64,000 nt of DNA, taken from the sequence record MN871453.1; one strand, written 5' to 3'. The position numbers were made by a program, and so were the translations under genes. The notes under the pieces were generated by a model. The model worked only from the letters and a program-made list of their open reading frames with translations. It was not told where the DNA came from and made no database searches. Shown here in pieces: positions 58,099 to 64,000 of the stretch. Within the stretch, counting starts at the first letter, position 1; each line of letters starts with the position of its first letter.

Positions 58099-58500
58099 TC
58101 ATTCTGTTACGATAAAACCAAAATTGTTTAACGGTCGGAAAGACCCGTGATCGATAAAACGAGAATAGTTGGAAAGCGTTTCGTACCATCTCAAAATTGA
58201 GGGCGTGAGATTGTAGTACTCAATTCCCTCAATGATAGTTAACCAACTGGTCTCAGTTTGAATATCCAGTAAATATCCCTCATAATCGCAATTTAAAATA
58301 TCGTAGAGCGTTTCTACGAACAATTCGGTATCTACATCAGAAAGGTGAAGATCACTTCTGGAGAGCGTTTGTAGCGCCTTAAAAATAGGACCTAGCGTTT
58401 CAAAAACTTCCATCCCATGATAACTCGCGAGTATCCGGATGAATGGCGGATACTCAACGAAAAATCGGCTACGCGACCCCCGGATAATATCGTAAGTCAT
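58099..58500 (-). CDS. hypothetical protein
   Basis: 133-aa ORF in operon. Confidence 0.55.
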   Translation of the reverse strand: MTYDIIRGSRSRFFVEYPPFIRILASYHGMEVFETLGPIFKALQTLSRSDLHLSDVDTELFVETLYDILNCDYEGYLLDIQTETSWLTIIEGIEYYNLTPSILRWYETLSNYSRFIDHGSFRPLNNFGFIVTE

Positions 58501-58702
58501 CAGGGCGACGCTCCTTGAGTTCGCGGACTAAAACTTTCAATGGCGCCGGCGAGAGTGTCACTTTCATCAGCCAGTTATAACAGTCAATTTCTTTGACTTT
58601 AGTCGCCATTAACCGGGCGGCTGTTTTGATAGCCGTTTGAGTTTTGTGCTCGCTGTACGCCAGTTGTAACGTGAGAAGAATGTGATCCCATTCAGTTTCC
58701 AT
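58469..58702 (-). CDS. hypothetical protein
   Basis: 77 aa, SD GGAG. Confidence 0.55.
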   Translation of the reverse strand: METEWDHILLTLQLAYSEHKTQTAIKTAARLMATKVKEIDCYNWLMKVTLSPAPLKVLVRELKERRPDDLRYYPGVA

Positions 58703-58704
58703 GA

Positions 58705-59103
58705 TTAGCTCCGTGTGAAAATGTCTACCCCAAAGAATCCTGGGGCGTCTTTGTAACTGTCACCCAACTTCCAATAGTCATTGAAGGTGCGGCGTTTAAG
58801 GGTTATCACCCCTTCGTATTCGATCAAAGTTTTATTCGTAATGGCGATATCGGCTTTGATCCCTTTATCGGTCAGTCTGAAATTACCGATGAAGTGAGAA
58901 GGCGTCACGATCTTTCTAAAACGTGCGAAGAATTCGTTAGTATTTTCCCAGGCGAGTTTAGTTAATTGAGGATTAAGTTCACCCTCAAGAACTTGTCTGG
59001 TTTTAAACGCCCTTGATAACCGTTCGATATCGGCAGCGCGCAGGTAGTTCGGTAAGGGGAGATAAATATTAACTAGTTTACTAACATTAGCCGGTTTAAA
59101 CAC
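58705..59103 (-). CDS. hypothetical protein, weak T4 gp21 prohead-protease-like motif (GTG start inferred)
   Basis: EGELNPQ...PSHFI resembles GELNHP...SH; SD AAAGGG before GTG 59103. Confidence 0.35.
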   Translation of the reverse strand: MFKPANVSKLVNIYLPLPNYLRAADIERLSRAFKTRQVLEGELNPQLTKLAWENTNEFFARFRKIVTPSHFIGNFRLTDKGIKADIAITNKTLIEYEGVITLKRRTFNDYWKLGDSYKDAPGFFGVDIFTRS

Positions 59104-59156
59104 GTTGAATACCCTTTCATGAAACAAAACAAATAAGGGCGAAAACGCCCTTAGAA

Positions 59157-59324
59157 TTAAATTTTACATGCCCCGCCTTCGCAGTCATCGCTGGCTTCGA
59201 TTTCGGGTTGTTCTTCGATAAACGCTTCGGCTTTCGCTAACGCCGATTCCGCTTCTTCTTCGCTCAGAGTGAATGAATCAAAATCCAGACTTTCGTCTTT
59301 CTTTTCAGGGGTGGTTTGTGACAT
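59157..59324 (-). CDS. 55-aa acidic peptide ending in NrdA-like redox tail
   Basis: Hand translation MSQTTPEKKDESLDFDSFTLSEEEAESALAKAEAFIEEQPEIEASDDCEGGACKI; SD AAAGGA; flanked by hairpins at 59136-59153 and 59408-59427. Confidence 0.8.
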   Translation of the reverse strand: MSQTTPEKKDESLDFDSFTLSEEEAESALAKAEAFIEEQPEIEASDDCEGGACKI

Positions 59325-59437
59325 GGTAACACTATCCTTTCTTTATTCTAGGCGGCTTGCCTCAAAGAAAGACAGAATAAACTTAAAAAAGAAAAAGATC
59401 TAGGAGCGGAGAGGGTTTACCCTCTCCACCCACTTGT

Positions 59438-59908
59438 TTAGCCGAGATAGAAGCAATTACTGCCTTTATTTTCGGTGACGATTTTCTTGAGCCCGTTGGT
59501 TGAGAAAACAACGAAGGTCTCCGGATGATCTTGTACGTAAACCTTAACGGTTTTTGCTTTGGTTTTCTTAACGCCTTCGAAGAACAAGCGCCAGTTACTT
59601 GCCCCAACGGTAGAAACAGGAGAGATCATCTGGTACTTCTGACCGCCCATTTCGATAACCAGCGCGTAGCGATCATCATCGCTGGAAAGCGAGTTGCCGT
59701 TAGTACCGTTCAGAAACAGCGCTTGAACCGGCCATTGGTCGCCAGTATCGCGGCAAGAGAATGCGAGTGAGAAACCGTCGCTGTTTTCGGTGTAGAATTC
59801 CAGAGTACCCTGCTGATAAGATTCGGTCCAATTATTGACGGTGGCCATGGCATTGAATGACGCGATAGAGGACAGGGCGATGAGTGAAGCAGCAATGAAT
59901 TTTTTCAT
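59438..59908 (-). CDS. secreted/periplasmic protein
   Basis: Sec signal MKKFIAASLIALSSIASFNAMA. Confidence 0.75.
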   Translation of the reverse strand: MKKFIAASLIALSSIASFNAMATVNNWTESYQQGTLEFYTENSDGFSLAFSCRDTGDQWPVQALFLNGTNGNSLSSDDDRYALVIEMGGQKYQMISPVSTVGASNWRLFFEGVKKTKAKTVKVYVQDHPETFVVFSTNGLKKIVTENKGSNCFYLG

Positions 59909-59972
59909 GGGATAGACCTTATTAAGTTAACGTAAATAGATAGTTGAACGACAAGGAAACTGCGTCAGTGGA

Positions 59973-60281
59973 CTAGTACCAGTAATTACGGGAATGAAAC
60001 GATTCTCTTGCTACCGCTTCTCTTGTTTTCTGATAAACGAGACCTTCGAAGACAGCGCGCATGATCCAGAAAGCGACATGACTGATCAGGTAGCCGATTT
60101 TACTTAAGAAACAAGTCCAATCACGGAGTTTTCTTATCGAGCGACCTTTCCAGGAATTATCGTAAAGGACTTCTGGTGTTGCGCACTTTGTAGTTAACTT
60201 TTTGTTAGCGATGTAGGTTAAGAAAGTGATCATCGCCAGGACAGCAAAAGTAACAACAGAAATGAACAGATAGAATTCCAT
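59973..60281 (-). CDS. membrane protein
   Basis: N-terminal TM; SD GAGGA. Confidence 0.65.
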   Translation of the reverse strand: MEFYLFISVVTFAVLAMITFLTYIANKKLTTKCATPEVLYDNSWKGRSIRKLRDWTCFLSKIGYLISHVAFWIMRAVFEGLVYQKTREAVARESFHSRNYWY

Positions 60282-60301
60282 GGAGTAGTCCTCGGTTTGT
60301 C

Positions 60302-60607
60302 TTAAAGTGGTTGGTAGTCAGCATCATCAAATTTGTCGTGCCACGTGCGACGGTTCTTGCCGGACACGCGATGGCGGTTACGATGACGTTTGTGTTTTTC
60401 TTTTTGTCTTTCCGTTGGTTCACCGTAGAAAAGAACATCGTTAACAGCAGGTTCTTCGTTAACAATTTCTTCGGTAGCACAAACTACTTCGGTCGTTACC
60501 TCTTCGGTAACGACGTCAGCGGCTGTATTTTGAGTACGCGAAGTAAAGAGGTAACCAATTACAAAAGAGACAATGAAAATAACAATGAAAAGTAGCGCCG
60601 TAAACAT
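60302..60607 (-). CDS. N-anchored membrane protein with basic HR-rich tail
   Basis: TM 1-22; KHKRHRNRHR. Confidence 0.65.
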   Translation of the reverse strand: MFTALLFIVIFIVSFVIGYLFTSRTQNTAADVVTEEVTTEVVCATEEIVNEEPAVNDVLFYGEPTERQKEKHKRHRNRHRVSGKNRRTWHDKFDDADYQPL

Positions 60608-60636
60608 AGATACACCTTTTGGTTAAGAAGATAGCC

Positions 60637-61236
60637 TCACGAGAGGACATGTCCCATCTCGTCGAGTCCTGTTTCTTTATACGTATTAAATTTTTCAGTA
60701 CGGTCTTTAGTGCAATATTTTCCTTCTCTCCTTAAATTATTACGTTCGTTACGTTTAGCCATAAGGAGTTCGCGGAAGGCCAAGAGACTAAAGTTAGAAA
60801 CAATAATACTGAGATTAACTAGTAGAATGCTCGCGGAGATAATTATTCCCACAGGGTGTCTGTTAGTAATACAAGTCAAAAGACCAATTATACTTGTACC
60901 AGTAGTTATTGATAAAATAAAACCGTATTTTTTCAAAATGCGAGTGACGAACGATTTAGTGAGTATTGTACGAAAGAATTTAATGTCCGAACTGGTCATC
61001 TTGCTCCGATGTTTTAACAGACATTTAGACCATACTCGTAACTTGTAAGTGATGAATTCCGCCCATTCTTCGTTGGAGCAGTCTTGATTTATTTTATCAA
61101 AAAAATCAATGACTTCTCTTACTTGACCGACCACATTTAAAACTTTACTAAGTTGAGCAATGCCAGATTCCCACATTTTACGCTCTTCGCTTTTATTTTT
61201 ATTATTTTTCGAACCATTTTCTTTTTTAGAAGTCAT
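60637..61236 (-). CDS. AT-rich two-TM membrane protein
   Basis: 199 aa, hydrophobic hairpin near residues 105-152. Confidence 0.6.
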   Translation of the reverse strand: MTSKKENGSKNNKNKSEERKMWESGIAQLSKVLNVVGQVREVIDFFDKINQDCSNEEWAEFITYKLRVWSKCLLKHRSKMTSSDIKFFRTILTKSFVTRILKKYGFILSITTGTSIIGLLTCITNRHPVGIIISASILLVNLSIIVSNFSLLAFRELLMAKRNERNNLRREGKYCTKDRTEKFNTYKETGLDEMGHVLS

Positions 61237-61254
61237 TTTTATTTCCTTTATAAA

Positions 61255-61539
61255 TTAATTATTTTTTGATGAATTCAAACTACCATAAAACATCAAACCG
61301 ATGATTCCGGTAAGGATAGTTAAAGTCAACAGTTCGATGTTGAAAATAACTGCCCCAATAATAGAGAGGATGAAAATAGCTGAAATGACAGCATAAAGTA
61401 CTTTAGTACCTTTATTACTCTTACCTTTTTCTTCTTCGGTTTTTGCATTCTTGATGGCCAATTTGTTCATTCCAATGGCCGTCCAAAGAACAAAACTTAT
61501 AGCGAAGGTTAATGCAATAATGATGATGGAAGTTAACAT
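61255..61539 (-). CDS. multi-TM small membrane protein
   Basis: 94 aa, three hydrophobic segments, SD AAGGA. Confidence 0.65.
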   Translation of the reverse strand: MLTSIIIIALTFAISFVLWTAIGMNKLAIKNAKTEEEKGKSNKGTKVLYAVISAIFILSIIGAVIFNIELLTLTILTGIIGLMFYGSLNSSKNN

Positions 61540-61873
61540 AATTTTTCCTTTTACTTTAAGAGTAGACTTAGACGTGAGAGAGTTGTTTGCGTTATAAGAG
61601 TCGCATACGGCGATGTCCAGAACCAGACGGCGAAGCCTGTCATTTGTTCTGCAACTACCGAACCAGTAAGAGGGTTTACTGCTATTGTACCTGAACTCTG
61701 ATCTTTCCTCGATTTCGGAAGAGTCAGTAGGTACAACGCCACAGCCTCGATTACAGGTGTCGGGTGGGTAACGAGAAATATCGTCTTATAACGGTTTGAG
61801 AGTGTGAGAATTTAATTTAGCTTATCGTAAGGCGTTTCCTTCTTATCTCGTGTGCCAAGGGTGAGGTGACGAC

Positions 61874-62161
61874 TTAAGCGGTTACCGCTGCGTCAGAGAC
61901 GTCGGTCTCGCCTGCGTCAGTCGCAGTCTCGCCGTCAGTGGCAGGAGAAATGACGGTTTTGAGGTTGTTGTAGCTATCGTGAATATAGCTGAAGATAACC
62001 AAGACCGCAAAAGCGTAGGCTGCCACTTCCATGGCAGTAGCCATGCAGAACGCGGCGAAGATTGCCAGCGCGGCAACGATCAGGGTGTCGGTGATGAAAG
62101 CAAAGATTGCTTTGGTTTTCTCAGTGAAAGAGAAAGAGAAGAACGCTTTGATTTTTTCCAT
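61874..62161 (-). CDS. small membrane protein with acidic tail
   Basis: 95 aa, hydrophobic hairpin, SD AAGG. Confidence 0.7.
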   Translation of the reverse strand: MEKIKAFFSFSFTEKTKAIFAFITDTLIVAALAIFAAFCMATAMEVAAYAFAVLVIFSYIHDSYNNLKTVISPATDGETATDAGETDVSDAAVTA

Positions 62162-62241
62162 GATAATTTACCTTTTGAATTGAATAATTTAACTACGGGT
62201 GAGAGTGCACTACTCACGCTGTTGAGAGGCAGCGCTTACTA

Positions 62242-62361
62242 CTATTTGACCGCTTTTAAGTAACTCCCTACGGCGACGGCGAAAACGCAGGCCGGAAGTA
62301 AAGCCAGGTCAAGAATAAGTACCGAGGAAATAATCCCCAGTACCACGAAAGACGTTTTCAT
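62242..62361 (-). CDS. 39-aa membrane peptide
   Basis: Hand translation MKTSFVVLGIISSVLILDLALLPACVFAVAVGSYLKAVK; TAATG overlap, SD GGAGG. Confidence 0.6.
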   Translation of the reverse strand: MKTSFVVLGIISSVLILDLALLPACVFAVAVGSYLKAVK

Positions 62362-62531
62362 TACAACGCCTCCGGTGAATGAGTTGCGTTGAAATTGGCT
62401 TTGTTAAACTGCTCTTCTGAAAGCGCTCCAATAACTCCCGCGGCGAACGCTACCAGAACTGCTGGGATGATAGTCAGTTCAAAGAAGGTGCAGATCAGCA
62501 GAGTGAGAATTAACGTGATGAAGTAAGACAT
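62361..62531 (-). CDS. 56-aa membrane peptide
   Basis: Hand translation MSYFITLILTLLICTFFELTIIPAVLVAFAAGVIGALSEEQF...; SD GAGGGAG. Confidence 0.62.
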   Translation of the reverse strand: MSYFITLILTLLICTFFELTIIPAVLVAFAAGVIGALSEEQFNKANFNATHSPEAL

Positions 62532-62546
62532 GATGATTTCTCCCTC

Positions 62547-62705
62547 TTAGGATAAATAGGTAACGGAGACTAACAGAGCGAACGGCGAAACAATATACCA
62601 GACGAGCACAGAGACGAACCCGTAAAGGATGGCCATCGGTAACGATACGCCGAAACAAAGCAATGCAATGAGAGTGACAATTAATAAAAGTATACTTTCT
62701 TTCAT
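62547..62705 (-). CDS. 52-aa membrane peptide, first gene after early promoter
   Basis: Hand translation MKESILLLIVTLIALLCFGVSLPMAILYGFVSVLVWYIVSPFALLVSVTYLS; SD GAGG. Confidence 0.62.
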   Translation of the reverse strand: MKESILLLIVTLIALLCFGVSLPMAILYGFVSVLVWYIVSPFALLVSVTYLS

Positions 62706-62724
62706 TTTACTTTACCTCTTATTG

Positions 62725-62799
62725 GTTTAGTTATTTGGAAAAGACTTTTTCCTTTCCTATTTCACCTTAGCAATATATACATCAAAAAAACTGCATTTC
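62725..62799 (-). repeat. duplicated early promoter plus leader (copy 2)
   Basis: Near-identical to 41193-41266. Confidence 0.85.
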
Positions 62800-62816
62800 G
62801 ATTTATTGAAGTTTTT

Positions 62817-63386
62817 ATGAAACATCTACCTTGGGGATTGAATACGATGAAGAAAATTACGCTTTGGGGACATCCTGTTCCGTTATTGGGCTTCTTGCAT
62901 TGGCTGAGTTTTTTATTGATCTACTTCGCAGCGTTGATCATTTGCGTCATTGTCACACCGTTTCTACCGGCCTTTGCGACGAAGGACGGGAAACTACCGA
63001 AATGGCTGAAATGGTTCGACACACCGGACAATAGTTTAGATGGGGATTCCGGTTGGAAAGAGAAACACTCTCTCTGGGTAAAGGTACTCCCTGAATGGGC
63101 GCAAACTTACGTCGCCCGTGTCTTTTGGTTATACCGCAATCCATTGTACGGTTTTTCTATTAGCGTGTTAGGTGCACCAAAAGACAAATTCCGTCAACCT
63201 GTTTTAGAGGGTAAAGGGTTTGATGTTAAAGGCACCTATAAGTCCCATTACTGGATGGTCTACTTCATGCGTGACGACCACGTGAAGAAACGCCGGTTTA
63301 AGGTTTACATTGGATGGAAACTGAAAGCAGAAGGATTTGAGAAATACCAGTTTGCATTTCTGATCAACCCGTTCCAAACGCCGTAA
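62817..63386 (+). CDS. conserved-type phage protein, late strand (likely start at second Met, MKKITL)
   Basis: WLKWFDTPDNSLDGDSGW, WLYRNP; N-terminal TM; TATG at 62816. Confidence 0.65.
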   Translation: MKHLPWGLNTMKKITLWGHPVPLLGFLHWLSFLLIYFAALIICVIVTPFLPAFATKDGKLPKWLKWFDTPDNSLDGDSGWKEKHSLWVKVLPEWAQTYVARVFWLYRNPLYGFSISVLGAPKDKFRQPVLEGKGFDVKGTYKSHYWMVYFMRDDHVKKRRFKVYIGWKLKAEGFEKYQFAFLINPFQTP

Positions 63387-63392
63387 AAGAAA

Positions 63393-63428
63393 CAAAAAAA
63401 AGAGAGGGCAAACGCCCTCTCTTTTTTA
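63393..63428. terminator. bidirectional terminator
   Basis: AAAAAAGAGAGGGC/GCCCTCTCTTTTTT between convergent genes. Confidence 0.8.
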
Positions 63429-63866
63429 TATTCTTTTTAAAGAATCGATTTCCAGCGCCACTTCAAATTCGTAAAGCATTCGCCCGAAGAAGGTCGCAAT
63501 CGTGAGCAAGCCGAGGAGGTATTCGTGATGTACCATCAACAGAATCGTAAAAGCCAGTGCAACGATGATTCGCTGACAAACATTCATTCCGCCTACAAAG
63601 GTGATGTGTTTTTCTGCCTTTTCAACGATTACTTGGCGCATAGCGGGGGTCAGGACGGCTCGTGTTATATCGGGCAGTGAAATATATTGGTAAAGCACCC
63701 AGCCTAAACGACCGAGGATGAGTGCTACTGCCCATAGACGAACCAAATCAAAGGCTGTTTCGTTTTGCTTAAAACACAATACAGCGAGTACCACGCAAGA
63801 GAGCAGCGAGCAAATTTTAGAGGTGAGGGTAGAGAGGTAGAACATCTTTGTATTCCTTTTCTTCAT
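63426..63866 (-). CDS. four-TM membrane protein
   Basis: 146 aa, four hydrophobic segments. Confidence 0.6.
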   Translation of the reverse strand: MKKRNTKMFYLSTLTSKICSLLSCVVLAVLCFKQNETAFDLVRLWAVALILGRLGWVLYQYISLPDITRAVLTPAMRQVIVEKAEKHITFVGGMNVCQRIIVALAFTILLMVHHEYLLGLLTIATFFGRMLYEFEVALEIDSLKRI

Positions 63867-63916
63867 GAATTGTCATAGTTGTCAGGGAACGGTTGTTCCC
63901 TGACAATGGACGGAGA

Positions 63917-64000
63917 TTAGTTACAGGTCAGAACGAGCTTCCCTTGGATATGGGTCACGCCAAATGGCATCTGCTGAGCGTCCAGGTTGATTTTCGGAGC
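63917..64000 (-). CDS. 3' end of a gene starting outside the window
   Basis: Open frame ...APKINLDAQQMPFGVTHIQGKLVLTCN* followed by hairpin 63881-63907. Confidence 0.5.
   Translation of the reverse strand, partial: APKINLDAQQMPFGVTHIQGKLVLTCN

Noticed and set aside
57932-58102. 56-aa ORF MKNFTDDDFF... bridging two genes
   Set aside because: Fills the gap plausibly but overlaps the next gene by 71 bp and lacks a clear SD; too weak to list
59157-59324. NrdA-tail peptide as the last exon or frameshifted end of an adjacent nrdA
   Set aside because: The upstream gene encodes a secreted protein and is followed by a terminator; no RNR motifs occur anywhere in the window
1-64000. Stop-codon reassignment, tRNA genes, group I introns
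   Set aside because: Core genes are full-length in code 11 and TAG ends real genes (e.g. phuZ); no T-loop/cloverleaf or intron core motifs recognised by eye, but tRNAscan-SE and Infernal were not run

Overview
A 64-kb segment of a nucleus-forming jumbo phage (phiKZ-like, Chimalliviridae), probably infecting an enteric gamma-proteobacterium (inference). Recognisable core: chimallin-like shell protein (20739-22640), PhuZ tubulin (30838-31806), three non-virion RNA polymerase catalytic subunits plus the likely gp68-like subunit, likely ChmC and PicA/Imp1 orthologues (synteny only), an SbcD/Mre11-like nuclease, the palm half of a split family-B DNA polymerase, an SF2 helicase with a class-3 mini-intein in Walker A, terminase large subunit, baseplate-region proteins, tail sheath and tube, and two peptidoglycan hydrolases. 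Accessory regions hold a DarG-type macrodomain, a GNAT, two Cys-His-Asp transglutaminase-like ORFs, CYTH-like, HAD and DHH phosphatases, a 10-gene array of divergent putative paralogues, and a cluster of small membrane proteins. The most striking observation, missed by the ORF track, is a stand-alone 55-aa gene (59157-59324, -) ending in DDCEGGACKI, nearly identical to the redox-active C-terminal tail of enterobacterial ribonucleotide reductase NrdA. Also notable: a purine-rich, GGA-rich stem-closed non-coding element (1684-1807) and a duplicated back-to-back promoter cassette. phiKZ gp equivalences come from motifs, size and remembered synteny, not from alignments. No tRNA, CRISPR array or group I intron was recognised.
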